Part shown: piece after piece, positions 1 through 13,649 of the stretch
How positions within the stretch are numbered: the stretch's first letter is position 1
How the letters are laid out: each line of letters starts with the position of its first letter
NCBI RefSeq assembly: GCF_004010195.1
Contig: NC_057728.1
Coordinates: forward strand, 45,654,229 to 45,718,228
Source: Chiloscyllium plagiosum
Taxonomy: Eukaryota
Length of the DNA stretch: 64,000 nucleotides
Direction: 5' to 3'
Made by a program: the position numbers and the translations under genes
Notes under the pieces: model-generated
What the model was told of the DNA's origin: nothing
What the model saw: the letters and a program-made list of their open reading frames with translations, nothing else
The model's database searches: none

Positions 1-50
1 TTGCTGGAAAAGCGCAGCAGGTCAGGCAGCATCCAGGGAACAGGAGAATC

Positions 51-78
51 GACGTTTCGGGCATGAGCCCTTCTTCAG
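51..78 (-). ncRNA. Minimal type I hammerhead ribozyme motif, family A
   Basis: Minus strand reads CTGAAGA-A-GGGC-TCAT-GCCC-GAAAC-GTC. Confidence 0.8.
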
Positions 79-222
79 GAATGGGGAAAGTTTGTCCAGG
101 CTAAGATAAAAGGTAGGGAGGAGGGACTTGGGAGTTTCCACCTATCACATTTCCGACGCCCCTCTCCCAAGTCCCTCCTCCCTACCTTTTATCTTAGCCT
201 GCTGGACAAACTTTCCCCATTC

Positions 223-250
223 CTGAAGAAGGGCTTATGCCCGAAACGTC
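223..250 (+). ncRNA. Minimal type I hammerhead ribozyme motif, family A
   Basis: CTGAAGA 223-229, stem II GGGC/GCCC, GAAAC 243-247, GTC cleavage triplet 248-250. Confidence 0.8.
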
Positions 251-310
251 GATTCTCCTGTTCCCTGGATGCTGCCTGACCTGCTGCGCTTTTCCAGCAA
301 CACATTTCCA

Positions 311-682
311 ACATCTTCATTGGGCCTCATGGGGAAGAACTGTACATGATTCCTGCCTTCTATTTATATGTTTGGGTTTCTTTGGGTTGGTGATGTCATT
401 TCCTGTTCTTTTTCTCAGCGGGTGGTAGATGGAGTCTAACTCGATGTGTTTGTTGATAGCGTTCCGGTTGCAATGCCATGCTTCTAGTAATTCTCGTGCG
501 TGTATCTGTTTAGCTTGTCCTAAGATGGATGTGTTGTCCCAATCGAAATGGTGTCCTTCCTTATCTGTATGTAAGGATACTAGTGAGAAAGGGTCATGTT
601 GTTTTGTGGCTAGTTGGTGTTCATGTATCCTGGTGGCTAGTGTTCTGCCTGTTTGTCCAATGTAGTGTTTGTTGCAGTCAAT
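311..682 (-). mobile_element. Penelope-like element fragment, GIY-YIG endonuclease C-terminus
   Basis: ORF 317-691 reads HYIGQTGRTLATRIHEH...RELLEAWH...INKH, the PLE GIY-YIG motif. Similar to 29674-29990. Confidence 0.9.
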
Positions 683-1439
683 TATAATCAATACAAGTAT
701 TTTTAAGGCAATTCATATCATCTAGCAGGATGTTGTGGCTTTTTGAAAGACAAAAGAATTAAAAACCGTGCAGTAGAAGTTCTCAGACTTTCTTTAATCT
801 AAGGAGAATTTAACATTTGAACAGCTGATCCAATTTGCTATGCCAGTAGAAGTCAAAGCTGAAAACCTGGCAGAACTGAGAGGAGACATCAGGGTTGGAT
901 GAGTGACATGGTTGGATTGGTAGGCTTTCATTTGGCATCATTTTTACAAGCTAGTTTACGTTACCCATCAATTATTTTTCAACTTAAAAAAATACAAATC
1001 AAGTTAATCCTGTCTGTCCTCAAAGTGCTAAAAAGGTGGGAATCACAATTATCAGTTAAATTAAGTTGTACGAGGTGCAAAACAGAGCCACGAGCCCAAT
1101 AGGTGGCACTGATTGCTAGAAGTGTGGTCAGCTGGGCGATACCAAAAATTAGCCACACCTTCATCTCCTCAAAAACAAAGCAAAACATCTTTAAAAAGTG
1201 AATTTCCACATAAATTAAAATCAAACTACAAGGAAAATGTTCAAATCATTTCATCTGCTGTCCTAATAGGGACTGATGAATACTGTGTTATTAAGTAAAT
1301 ATGCTTGTAAACATCACAGTCTATTATAATACTTCAGAGGTCGGAGAGATAAATATAACCTCTCAAGAACCATGAGAAGGTAAAACAAATGGGAAAATGA
1401 CACAGCACAAAGCAGAGGTCACAGACTAGACACAGACTA

Positions 1440-1590
1440 TAAACTCCTTCAATGTTAAAAGTAGGACAGAAAATCTGGTTAAGGGTTAGGAAGTCAGAAA
1501 TCATGCTGATCAGAGAAAAAAGATCAACCCAGATCTTATAATGTCAGAATGCCAGAGGAGAAACAGGAAGGCATTAATACCACTCAAGTG
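1440..1590 (+). mobile_element. Decayed Gypsy-like LTR retrotransposon, integrase C-terminus
   Basis: Manual translation across frameshifts gives LKVGQKIWLR, QPRSYNVRMP and RRNRKALIP, resembling the end of Gypsy pol. Confidence 0.5.
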
Positions 1591-2109
1591 AAGAAATGAG
1601 ATTGAGTATGATGATCAAACACTGTGAGACAGTTATACACACGTTACATCGAATTCTGTATAGAAAATTAAAACATTCCAGTTACAGCACTATCACCTTA
1701 GTGTTAACGTCAAACAAAACAGATTAGGACATGCAGACAGTGTTCTAGCCTATCTCAACCTGTGACATTCAGACATCAGGCAGGTAGATTTGGTGATAAT
1801 TGTGATAAAGATAAGAATGATATTAATGATTACAAAGACAATGTATGTAAGCTAAAGTCAATTATTGGAATAATGTAGACCAAGCGGAGAGAAACTTTCA
1901 GGGTGAGGTCAAGTAATTACACATGCAAATGATGATATAACATCTGACATCAGAAAGTAAGAGGATTGTCGAGAAGAAATTAAACTAGAGGTAGCATGTA
2001 AAGAGACAGTTTATAGACACTGTACTGAACAGTTGTAATGAACAACCTCTAATGTCCAGGGGCCTATAAAAGAGTGCAGACTACATCAGGAGTGGAAGAG
2101 TCTTTCTTA

Positions 2110-2760
2110 GAGGTAAAGTTGTCATAGTCTGACGAGACGATAGAGATGATCTCTTATTAGAGAGAGACAATTAATGATGCTTTAACCTGAGGGTCATCAT
2201 GTCTCAGATGAAGGGAGAAGCTGATCATAAGAAATAGGAGCAGAATTTGGGCTTTGTGTTTGCTCTGCCATTTGATCATGGCTGATATGTTTCTCAACCC
2301 CCCACTCTCCTGCCTTCTCCCCACAACCCTTGATCCTCTTACCAATCAAGAACTTATCTATCTGTGTCTTAAGTACACCCAATGACAGCCTCCACAGGTT
2401 GAGGAGGAGAGTCCTTCATTATAGCTTCAGCTGGTGTTTGAATTGAACCCACATTGTTGGCATCAATTTGCATTACAAACCAGCCAACAATGCAGAGTGA
2501 TGCTAGCAGCATGGGTTTAATTCTCACAGCATGGGTTTAATTCTCATACCAGCTGAGATGACCAGGAAGGTATCTGCTTCACAACATCTCCCCTCACCTG
2601 AGGTGTAGTGACCTCTCGATCTGAAGGATACGGTTCAAATCCCACCCACTCTAGAGGTGGTCATAGCACCCCTTAACATGGTTGATTTTGAAATATCTAA
2701 ACCAACACCAGTTGCCTCTTTAACAAGACAGCAGCCCTATGGGACTATGGAGACATGGAT
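2110..2760. mobile_element. Oppositely oriented copies of an unclassified SINE-like repeat, with a CR1 3' end nested at about 2225-2393
   Basis: 2110-2480 (minus) and 2495-2750 (plus) share motifs with each other and with 60130-60310. The cataagaaataggagcag block is a CR1-type 3' end. Confidence 0.5.
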
Positions 2761-3841
2761 GTCAAATGCCAGTGGCCTTGGGGACAATGAACTCCAGACA
2801 CACACAGCTCAAGGATACTAAAGACCAGTATCTAGGTGTAGCAGTGTTTGCTAAAAAGCACACGATAAAAATTGTTTACTAGTTGACTGGATAATGCAAC
2901 ATAATTTAAATTAAACTGTAAGAAGTGAATTCTAATTCCAAAAACAATGTTAAACACTTTAACATGCCCATCATTTTCTGACAACGTTTAGTGCATTCTA
3001 TTTTATAAAGTAATCAATTTATACAACTGGAATATGCTGATGTGTAGAATTTTTTATTAAGGTGTGTAAAAAGTCCTAGGACTAAAAAATAATTGAGTCT
3101 ATGTCTTAACCATTCAATGGTGCTAAAGCATTATTACTGAAATGTTGAATAATTAAATCTGCAATGATGTGAACCCTAGCATGACTATCCTGAATGAGAT
3201 GTTGTCCATAGAGTTAGGAGTCACTATGGAAACAGTATTTACTTTCCTAGTTTATTGTAGAAAAATGTTGGCATGAATTTTAGAGAACAGAGATATTGCA
3301 GTAAATGAATACTGACAAAATAGAACAGAAATAAGATCCACAAGTCTTATAATAAGATGTTCCATAACATTGCACAGGTCTGATGTCTGGATATTAGATT
3401 GTGTAAAAGGGGGAATAAAATGTTGATTAAAAGAAATATCTCAAATTTTCTTCTTGAGATTATTTCCTTTGATAAATTAACATTTATGTATGTCTTTAAC
3501 ATAGGAAATGAGTTAGAGGAATAAAAATGTTTAGTATAGGCGAAGGCCAGTGCCATACAGGTCTTCAGATCTGCTCATCCATTCAACAAAATCATGGCTC
3601 ATCATCAACTTCAGTTCACTTTCTCATGGAATTTCGACATTCCTTCATTCTCTTAGAGTCCAACTATCTCTCAAACTCAGTCATGAAATGTATTCAACAA
3701 CAGATAAACTATAAACCTGTGGAGTAAAGAATTCTGAAGGATTCATGATTATGAATGGAGAAATTTCTCCTTGACTCATATATAAATTATTGACCACTTA
3801 ATCCTAAAGCTCTGCCGAGTACTACATATTCCAGTCCAATA

Positions 3842-4987
3842 CAGAGGAAACTCGATTGTCCAAACGACGTGGATGGGCACTATTTTGATCAGATAATTGA
3901 TTATTCAGTTAATTGATTTCTTCTGGGGCTCGGGGTTTTCTGTGAAGTCTGCTCCCTGTTAAGGAGATGAGGCAGCAGCACACTCAGCGCGAGACTCTGC
4001 CCCACCCCCAACCCCACCCCAATCCGTCAATCCCCACTCCGCCCTCCAAATCTCTTCCGCCCCCGACACTGTCCACATCCCAACACCGTCTGCCCCACCA
4101 TGTACCCCAGCCCATCCCAACCCCATCTGCTTCAACCCCATCCATCCCCAACCCCGTCCACTTCTACCTCACCCNNNNNNNNNNNNNNNNNNNNNNNNNN
4201 NNNNNNNNNNNNNNNNNNNNNNNNNNNNNNNNNNNNNNNNNNNNNNNNNNNNNNNNNNNNNNNNNNNNNNNNNNNNNNNNNNNNNNNNNNNNNNNNNNNN
4301 NNNNNNNNNNNNNNNNNNNNNNNNNNNNNNNNNNNNNNNNNNNNNNNNNNNNNNNNCACTCCCCAACCCTGTACACCCATCCACCACCACCCTCCCTCCA
4401 ACCCCCATATGCGCCCTTGACCCCATTCACAACCCTCCTTCGGGGCAGCTGGACTGTACACTAACAGGTGTAACCTCCTCTAGCTTATCTCTCCATGCTT
4501 CAGGCTCTCTGCCTTTATTCCTGATGAAGGGCTTTTGCCTGAAACATCGATTTTAGTGCTCCTCGGATGCTGCCTGAACTGCTGTGCTCTTCCAGCACCA
4601 CTAATCCACCAACAGGAAGATTGCTGCTGCCTTTGAGGGGTAAGTCTCCAAATAGCGCACACACACACACACCTTTGTGACAGGTTCCATCTTTTCCATG
4701 TACAGGACAATGTTGGAGAGATGATCTGGGGAAGGGGGTTTAGGGTTCACCCCTGTTTAGAACTTCAGGGAAAGTGTGGGGGGAGAGAGAGATCGGGAGG
4801 TCAGTCATTTAGAGACAATGCCTGAACTGTCCAGGACTGTTGTTGGCAGCATTTCAGTGAGCCGAGTTCAAAAGATGTGATTAGGGTTGAAACAGCTCTT
4901 TGACATATGTTTCTATCGGGAACTTGAGATCCCTTTTGGATAATTGATATTCAGATAATTGATATTCGGATAATCGGGGTTCCTCTG
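3842..4987. mobile_element. pogo/Tigger-like non-autonomous DNA transposon (MITE), spans a gap
   Basis: Left TA|CAGAGGAAACTCGATTGTCCAAA; right TTCGGATAATCGGGGTTCCTCTG|TA. These are 23-bp imperfect TIRs with a TA TSD (3840-3841, 4988-4989). Confidence 0.8.
4469..4606 (+). mobile_element. HHR family A PLE end nested in the MITE
   Basis: ctgatgaagggcttttgcctgaaacatcg core. Probable TSD cacYaacagg at 4459-4468 and 4607-4616. Confidence 0.75.
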
Positions 4988-7004
4988 TATGTCCTATAGA
5001 TAACACACATTGCTGCTGCTATGTGTCAGTTGTGAAGTCAGTGAATGCTGAAGATGGTGAATGAGGTGCCAATCAAACTTTGTCTTGGATGGTGTAGAAC
5101 TTCTTGAGTGTTGTTGGAGCTACATTAATCCAGGTAAGTAGAGAGTATTCCATCACACTCCTGACTTCTGCTTTGTTGATATAGACAGTTACTGGAGAAC
5201 TGGTAGCGAATCAGTCACCGCAGATTACCTATAATGCTTTTTTGTGTCATTCTGACAAGTATTAATCAAATTGCAATAAACTAATTGTTCTTTGAAGAGG
5301 TTTTTCAATGCCTGTGTGTTTATTTAAATGAGATTCAGAGGTAAACGTGCATTGAAAACTTACTAAATGGGGTTTTCACTATCTATGATTGATTGACAGC
5401 TTTATGACAATGTAAGAGGAATAATGTTTTTCTCCAAAAGGGAATATTAAATGGCTGTTTTATTTTGTTTTGCTTTTGAATTGTGCCAAGAGTTCTCTGA
5501 AATTTCATGACACTTTTACCGTGGATGAGGTCTACACCAAATCTGACCAGCTCCATCAAAATTGCAAGGAGTTTGAATTGTCAGGCCCAACAATGGAGCC
5601 AGCAAAGATGAAAGTGCTGTGTGTGGGCTAATTACCCATATCCCTTTTCCAAGCAGGAAACTTCTTTTTTCAGAAACAGTAATATGGCAGAAATCCTGGA
5701 AATTGGTTCCAGCCACCATTTTTAAAGATCATTGTTCTTGTGTTTACTCCATGGAAATCAGGGCTTTTACTTCTTAACAGAATGTATTCATATCTACAAC
5801 TATGAAATATTTCTTTAATTTTTTTCTTATTGCTCATTTTATCATCATAACACAACCTAATTTGCAATGTACCATTGTCAGTTACTCCTCATATATATTC
5901 ATATGGCTTTAAAATTAATGCTCTAGTTTCTGAATTAAGTGCATCACCTCAAAGTCAACATAAGAGTCTATCATATTATAATCACTCTCTTTCCCAGAGG
6001 ATCCCTTACCATGATGTCATACAAAACAAGGTCTAAAATAACATCTTCCCTGGTCGGTTTCATAATGTATTGTTCCAGTAAACTGCCTTGAATGTATTTC
6101 ATAAAGGCCCCCTACAAACTATTTTTCCAATAGTGTGTCCAGTTTGTATGAAGATTAAAATCCCCATGACTGTCGCTATACTTTTGTCACACATTTGTCT
6201 TATTCTTTGAGTAAAGCTCTGAGAGGAAATATAACAACTGCTACAGTATCGAGAAATTATTCTGTCAAAGATTTTCTGTCCTTTGCTGTGTTCTTATTGT
6301 TATAACCTCTGGAAAGATTTATAACTTTTAAAAGAGATTTATACTTCCAATTATTTGCGAAAGATAAAGAACATGGCAAGATTTCAGATTTTAAAACTTT
6401 TACATTTAAAAATGGCCAGAAGTATGGCTGACTGAATTTTGTTTTGCAACAAGTTATACTTTAGATTACAGTATGGAACATTTCTCTTTCATACATATTA
6501 CTGATCATACTCCCTAATGTTGTCCATGCTTTGGACACGTCAACTAGTTAATGTATTAAAAACATGTTATCCAAGCTCTCTTATCGATAAGGGAGACAAA
6601 GGGACTCCAAATTCGGTTTGCGATTCAACTCGGTTTTATTAACAACAAAGACCTTATTAAAACATTGTGTGAACAAATTCCAGCAATATTTACTCTCTAT
6701 GCAACTTTGAAAGGATATTACCTCCAATGATTCAAATGTTTGAACTGGGCCATGGAACCCTGACATCGGGCTGGCTCTTTGCCATGAAGGTGGGTCTTTC
6801 AGGTCAGGGCAGATCTTCTCCTGGGTCTTTTTGGGTCGCTGCAATCTTCTGCTATGTGTCTTGGTTCAAGTCTTCCCTGAATCTTCACTGCATCTTAACT
6901 GAAGCCATGGCATCTTTAATTTAAGATGTCCAATGTTGGGCCCCTGGTCACTTGACCGCACTTGGGAAATTGGTAATTGTGACCATGAAATTATAATAAG
7001 TTTT

Positions 7005-7190
7005 TATAAACACTCATCAGGGAAGGAAATCTGTTGTCCTTACCGTCAGGCCTACTTGTGACTCCAGAGTCAGAATAATGTGGTGGCTTTTAACTATCCT
7101 CTGACATGGCTTAGCCCCATTCAGTTCAAGGAAACTGGGAACAAATGCTGGCCTTTCCAGTGATTCTAAATATCATGAAAGTATAAAGCA
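7005..7190 (+). mobile_element. SacSINE1/DeuSINE-like SINE fragment
   Basis: ggaaggaaatctg...gtgactccaga...tgtgg core, shared with the copies at 15042, 35065, 39145 and 56405. Confidence 0.55.
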
Positions 7191-8388
7191 AATAAAGATA
7201 AAAATTTATTTAATTTCAACTGTTTGCTATTTTCCCTTTAATTTCACCTGCATTGTTGCCAGTAGTCTCTCTGTACCTTAACGTCAGAATGTCCTTTTCT
7301 TTATCCAAACCTGTAAACAATACCATGACTTTGAGGTTACTGATAGCTGCAATTTCAGTGTATTGATGTGCATCTAAATCTAGGAGAAATTTCACTGGAA
7401 GGAGAACAGAATATTTCATCAATCTAATAATTAATTGTTGCAAGCTCATCTCACTGTGAGAAAAATAAGTTGGATATAATTAATTTGTTATATTAATTTC
7501 TTAAATTATGTATAAGACATTTATTACTAAGATGCTAAATCACTTTGCAATTGCTATAGCTGCTACATTGGTAACAATGATAAAGGGTTATGTATTATAC
7601 ATTTCACAATGCAAGATTAAACTGCCAGCAAGTTTCAACTTGTTATATTTAAAAATTTATGTTCATGAACCATTAGACTTCCATGCCTTGACACAGATAA
7701 TGTTACAGATTCCTGTGTTGCTTATTTGTACACATGGGCTTTAGGTTTGTAATCTATCTTTGATGCTTCATTTTATCCTGTCTTCATGCTGGCAGTGAGT
7801 GTCGTGATCTGCAGACGTGGAAAGGGAAGCTGGGCTTTGGCAGGGATTGTGAATTTAGCTTTACCTATTCAGCAGAAACCAGGTGATTAGGCAGTTAAAA
7901 TTGTCTGAGCTATTAATCACGGAGGTGCAAAAAGCTGACAGTTTCTAATTTTCTCCCGCCTTCATGTCACCGAATAATTTTCACCTCTACTGAGGTGCTT
8001 AGCATCATTAAGAACCAATGTACAATGTGGACTTGACAGGGAAATTTGCATTATTTTTGTTTTACTTCCCTCTAAGAATAAACATCCTTCTCCTAGACCT
8101 ATAAGGAAAGCTTATCCTGCCCTGCTTTAGATTTGCATCTCATCAATTCTGTAATTCTAACAGAACAATTGCTGAAGTTAAATAGCTGCACAACCTTCCA
8201 CCAGTCTCTGGGAGTTCAGATATTCTAGTCTTTAACACCGAAGCAGGTGTGCTTCTAACTCATATTGTTGCTTATCCATTGTTATTGACAGTAGTGATAT
8301 GTGAGCTCAAATTGCCCCTTTCTGACTGCAGCAAAATAGATTTTCGAGGAGCCGTTTAACCCCTTAAGTGCTGTTACGTTTAAGAATC

Positions 8389-9073
8389 ATAGTTCCTTGC
8401 AAGTGGAGTCACAGGTAGACATGACAGTGAGGAAGACATTTGGTGTGCTTTACTTTATTGGTCAGTGCATTGAATATAGGAGTTGGGAGGTCATGTTGTA
8501 GCTGTATAGGACATTGGTTAGGCCACATTTGGAATACTGTCTGCAATTCTGGTCTCCCTGCTATAGGAACAATGCTGTGAAACTTGAAAGAGTTCAGAAA
8601 AGATTTACAAGGATGTTGCCAGGGTTGGAGGTTTGAACTTTCGGGAAAGGCTGAATAGGCTGGGGCTATTTTACATGGAGTGTCAGAGGCTGAGGGGTGA
8701 CCTTATAGAGATTTATAAAATCATGACAAACATGGATAGGGTGAATAGCCAAGATCTTTTCCCTGGAGTGGAGGCGTCCAAAATTAGAGGGCATAGGTTT
8801 AGGGTGAGAGGGGAAAGATTTAAAAGGGACCTAAGGGACAACTTTTTTTACGCAGAGGGTGGTACGTGTGTGGAATGAGCTGTCAGTGGAAGTGTTGGAG
8901 GCTGGTATATTTACAACATTTAAAAGGCATCTAGATGGTCATATGAATAGGTAGGTTTTAGAGAGATATGACCAAATACTGGCAAATGGAACGAGATTAA
9001 TTTAGGATACCTGGTTGGCATGGACAAGTTGGACCAAAGGGTCTGTTTCAATGCTGTATAGCTCTCTGACTCT
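8389..9073 (+). mobile_element. CR1-clade LINE (HER1-like) 3' fragment
   Basis: Translation RLRGDLIEIYKIM...RGHRFRVRGERF...RDNFF, followed by a CR1 3' UTR ending ctctgactcta. Confidence 0.9.
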
Positions 9074-9720
9074 AAATCAGAGATAATCAATGCTTTCTTA
9101 TCTTATGGTCTTGTAGGTTAGGATGAAAAGGTTTATTTTGCTCAGCAACCAAAATATAAATGTAACAATATCCAATAGCAGCTGAGTCAAACAACACACA
9201 CACACACACACAATTACAAAAGATCTAGCTTTCACTTAAATTTACAAAAGGGTCAAAAAGTCAGTGTTACCTTCAACTCTTGATATTGTAGCTGGAAATG
9301 TTACGAATCTGAGGATCCTGTCTTGGATCCCTGAAAGAGAGGGTGTTGGAGGTTTCTGCTGTTGAATACATAGGGGCTTTTTCCACACTGGTTTCTGGCT
9401 TTCTAGTTGAAATTTTGGTTTCACAGTGAAGATATAATCTACAGGTAAATCACTCAGCAGGGTTTTTCCTTTCCCTGAACAAGATGCCTTACCTCTCTGT
9501 GGCCTTGGTCCATGACTGTCTGCTAGGTTAGTGAAGATTTGAATCAATAAAGTGATTCTGACCATAAGCTAATTTCTGCCATATAGTCACAGTATTGTCC
9601 GCATAAATGGTTCAGTGGGCATGGCAATTTTGACACAACGGAAAATTAATTTGGTCATTTTCACTTTCTTGTGACCTTCACATACTATTCTGTGTAATTT
9701 TAATTTGCCAAACCAAGTTG

Positions 9721-10072
9721 GAGAAGCATAGTGGCCCAGTGCTGCCTCACAGCGCCAGGGACCCAGTTCAATTCCACCCTCTGGTGACTGTCTGTATGGA
9801 GTTTGCACATTTTCCCCATATCTGTGTGGGCTTCCTCTAGGTGTTCTAGTTTCCTCCCACAGTCCAAAGATGTGCAGATTAGGTGGATTGGTCGTGCTAA
9901 ATTGCCCATAGCATCCAGGGGTGTGCAGGGTAGGTGAATTAGCTATGGGAAATGCAGGGCTACAAGGATAGGGTTGGGGGAATGGTTCTTGGTGGGATGC
10001 TCTGCAGAGGGTCAGTATGTACTCGAAGGACAGATTGGCCTGCTTCCACACTGTAGGGATTCTATGAATCTA
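9721..10072 (+). mobile_element. HE1 SINE (tRNA-derived V-SINE)
   Basis: ctgcctcacagcgccagggaccc head, tggagtttgcacatt core, HER1-like tail. Confidence 0.88.
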
Positions 10073-13000
10073 AGTCTGGGTAACTATTGTATATTAGGTT
10101 CTGTAGGTATTTAGACAATAGTAATGGTTAACTCCACAACTGATTTATTGGATTCTTCTGTCTCTTAAATGGAATGTCTGCAAAAACTGTTTACATTTTA
10201 ATGAATTTCTAAAGAATTTCTAACCCTAACTCTAACCCTGGTCAGTCCTTGTTTGTGCAGAAAACACAGTCACCTTGACCTCCAGAGTCCACCTTGACAA
10301 GGTAAGTTTGTCCCATTTGATGCTTTGATTTAAAACTAACATATCTCTCCTCTCCATACCTTTATGGCCACCTGACATGGATATAATATTTTCAAAACCT
10401 GGCACGGGCGGAGAAATTCGGTCCAGCTTTCACATACGTGCTTACCATTATCTCTCAAGTCATATATTTGCTTTGCTCTTACAAATTGGGGAACTAATGG
10501 CTTTTAGAAGCCCCCTTTCTAAGTTTAGTTTACCTTGAAGGCAGCTCACTACGTTCATTGTCTTCAAGAAGTCTGAACAGTGGTCTTTAAAGGAACCATT
10601 TTATGCTGCCACAAAAATGTAAATTAAAATAAAATCTTAGTGAGGATACAGCTGGGACATTGAAGACTATTTCTCCTGGCTGCATACAGTTCCACAAAGA
10701 CGAGTCCTTCATTTTTTGATGCTCTTCAGATCACATTCTACTTTCACTTTCAATCACCCTCTGAATCACTTTCCTCCCTCCACCAACCACTGTGGGCACT
10801 GCCAGCAATCAATGATTTGAAATCGAAATCCTTTTCACTGGATGCATGTAGACTTCATGTAGATCAGACCTGAAATCTAATATCCGATGTGCCTTAATTC
10901 TGCCCCTTGGCGTCTCCAATTTGAGGTGGCAACACAAATCAATTTCTAGGTCCTGAAATCATTTAGTAGAGGTTTTAAACATCTAAATCAAAAGCAGCAC
11001 AACTTCAAGGAGAAGGATTGAGTCATAAAAATTATTCTGTTAGCAATTGTTATCTTCATAATAATCAATTAATCCTTGTTGTTTCAGACACATTCAACGA
11101 TAGAGATGCAGCATCACAGCTACAGCCTAAGTGCAACTGAAGTGGTATTAGTTTGAATTTTTAAGTCTGTTTGAACTGAGCAGCCCCCTAGCCACTAGAT
11201 TCATATCCAAACCATTAAAAATGCTCAAACAAAGTCAATAGTGTGTTGGAAACCTGGCAGAACTCCAAAGCCTTTTATCTGATGGCGTTTATCAAGAAAC
11301 TGAAGAAAAAAATCTGCTCTTGAGAAAACCACACTGAGATGATTAAAGCTCAGTTGCAGCCTGACCTGTTCAATATAGTTAAGTCATGTGGATTTGAATG
11401 TTAGTTCCAGTACTACAGCCACATTTGCTTAAATATATCCTGTGCCTCCAGGACTTTGACTTGTACTTAGGATACAGAGACCAGGTGGAAAAGTAAACTC
11501 TTCAGTTTGATGCTTGACAGAACATTTGTTGTGCTTAATGCTCAAAATAACTATGCACCATGAAGTCCACCTGCATTTTATTATATCAGACATTTTCTGA
11601 GAATAGTTAATATTTTAGGCCCATTTTAAAATTTGGCTGTATCCCGGCCACATGGTGCACCATCACATCTGTCTTAACGCATGAATCTTGGTCCAACCGT
11701 GTAATTTAAAATGTCAGTATTCTTATTTCTATAAGTAATATGAAGAACATATGCATCATCTTCATAACCAAAATAGCAGGGATCTTTCAATACACACAGA
11801 AAATGCCTTCCAGCATTTCTCACAGTGATCTGTCTTGAATACTTTATTCCTGAAACTTTCAATCCTGGACAGCTAAACTGAGGATTCATGCAAAGTATTC
11901 AAGAGATTTGTTTATTTGACATTTGGTATTCAACCATTTTATTTGACTATTGGATTTTCAGACCCTGGGATTTATTTTGACACTGAACTCTGCTCATTTG
12001 CTCATCATTTTAAAATTTAAAGAGCAAAATCTGATATTTGGTATGATAATCCCAAATATTTCTTCTTGGGATTAACTTGCCAGATAAAACTTGCAAAACT
12101 GTTACTTAGATTTTAATGCATATTTTCTTTTGGAAATGTTCTTCCTCAGCATAAAAGTGACAAAAATTTGTTTCCTACCCAATTCAAAGACACCAACATT
12201 GCCACAATTGCACTTGAATCACTTGCTAAAGAAAGTTACTTCAAAAATGAGTTGTGTTTTTTATTCTGATTTTGATTCCTGAGAAAATTGAGATGAATTG
12301 TGACATGAAAACTTTCAAAATTGATTGAGAGCCATTAGTAGGACTGTGATTCGTGACAAAAATTGCTTGCTGTTTTATTTTTTGGATTTTAAGATTAATT
12401 GTCATTTCTGCATTGTGCTTATCTTCCTTACTGTGGGATCTGATTAAACATTTACTAACTTTATCGCAAAAATCTCAACTTCCTTAATATTGACATTTTT
12501 ATGCACTTGACAATAGCTAGTGCTTTTGATAGATGAAAGGTCTTTGTAATTTGGAAATGTGGCAGATCTGTGAACAACCCAAATGATATGTTATCTAACT
12601 GATTGAAATTTTCCACTCTAAACATTTGCCCATTTCAGCACTTTTGTATACTTAAATTTTAGAACAGTAATTGAAAACCATTTTTCATCTAGTTTGCTTA
12701 ATTAAACTAGTTTTCAAACCAAGACAATTATGCAATATTATTTCCAAGGGTAATTGAAACATACAGAGAACATCTCAAACTGTAGATTTTGTTTGCCCAT
12801 TTAGCTTGTATCAAGAAAAGAAATTGTGCTTTGGTGATCAGGGTCTTTTTAGTTATTATAATGCTGCCTACAATACTTAGGTACAAAAAGGTGGGACATA
12901 ATTGATTAACACCAGCAGAAAAAGTTATCCTTACTCACAAGATCCTATTAATACAGAAACCAACAGATGTAAAACATCGAAGACTGATTAAATAAATCAG

Positions 13001-13649
13001 CCAAAAAATTACTGGCATCGATTTCATGAACATTTCATGCATTATTAAGACATTCCTCCATCTGCTGAATGTTAATTTATTTTTATAAATGTGTCAATGT
13101 TGGACAAAGAAATTTCATACAACGTGCTGAATATTAAGTGGTCTTTCATTGTCTTACTAAGGAACTGAAAGGTCTGAGAAGAATTCTATTTATGTACCAG
13201 TACATTCACAAGCCCTCAGAGGCAAGCATAATACTTAACATGTGATAGAATTTCTATGTGGGCTCCATGATCAGCTGCCGGAAATTCAATGGAGGTTAAG
13301 TGGAAACCCTAGAGCAACAGTAAAAGTAACTTCTCCAGGGTTACCACCACTCTTCTGCTGAATGAAAGCAATCACAGCAGTTTGAAGAACCCCTCCAGAA
13401 ATTGCTGGCACATACATTTGCCACACAAGTAAAATTTAAATGTGTTCTGAAATGGGTTCAGTAACACAGATATTTCATATCTGCAGTGATTAAGTCAGTA
13501 ATGGCTGTGCTACAAAGACCAAAATAGCTCCAGGTTCAATTCCTGAATTAATTGATTTTAGTTAGGATTTGTGATGGGGCTCAATGATCCAACATGATGA
13601 AGAGGACAATTCTTCAGGCTTTACTGTTGACATTTTTTAAAAAAAATTC

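Larger units (their letters stand above)
1..308. mobile_element. Fold-back PLE terminal-repeat element, HHR family A (left end outside window)
   Basis: 1-134 is the reverse complement of about 164-300, around a ~29-nt spacer. Each arm holds a hammerhead core. Abuts the PLE fragment at 311. Confidence 0.85.

Noticed and set aside
237..428. Recurrent Cys-rich ORFs (GCCLTCCAFPA, MCCWKSAAGQAASKEQENRRF) here and at many other sites
   Set aside because: They are incidental translations of the family A repeat on either strand, not a peptide gene family.
3967..4464. Pro-rich ORFs
   Set aside because: C-rich low-complexity sequence spanning an N gap inside a MITE.
5516..5867. Possible minus-strand exon with a donor near 5518
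   Set aside because: No recognisable protein in any frame and no supporting neighbouring exons.
6581..6924. Possible minus-strand exon ending at GAG|GTAATA near 6721
   Set aside because: Peptide is unrecognisable and the acceptor is weak.
9242..9565. 107-aa ORF
   Set aside because: No motif recognised; the length is compatible with chance.
10220..10239. Telomere-like (taaccc)3
   Set aside because: Only three imperfect units.
11674..11889. ORF containing KDPCYFGYE, reminiscent of NTPDases
   Set aside because: Isolated short match with no other family motifs or clear splice sites.
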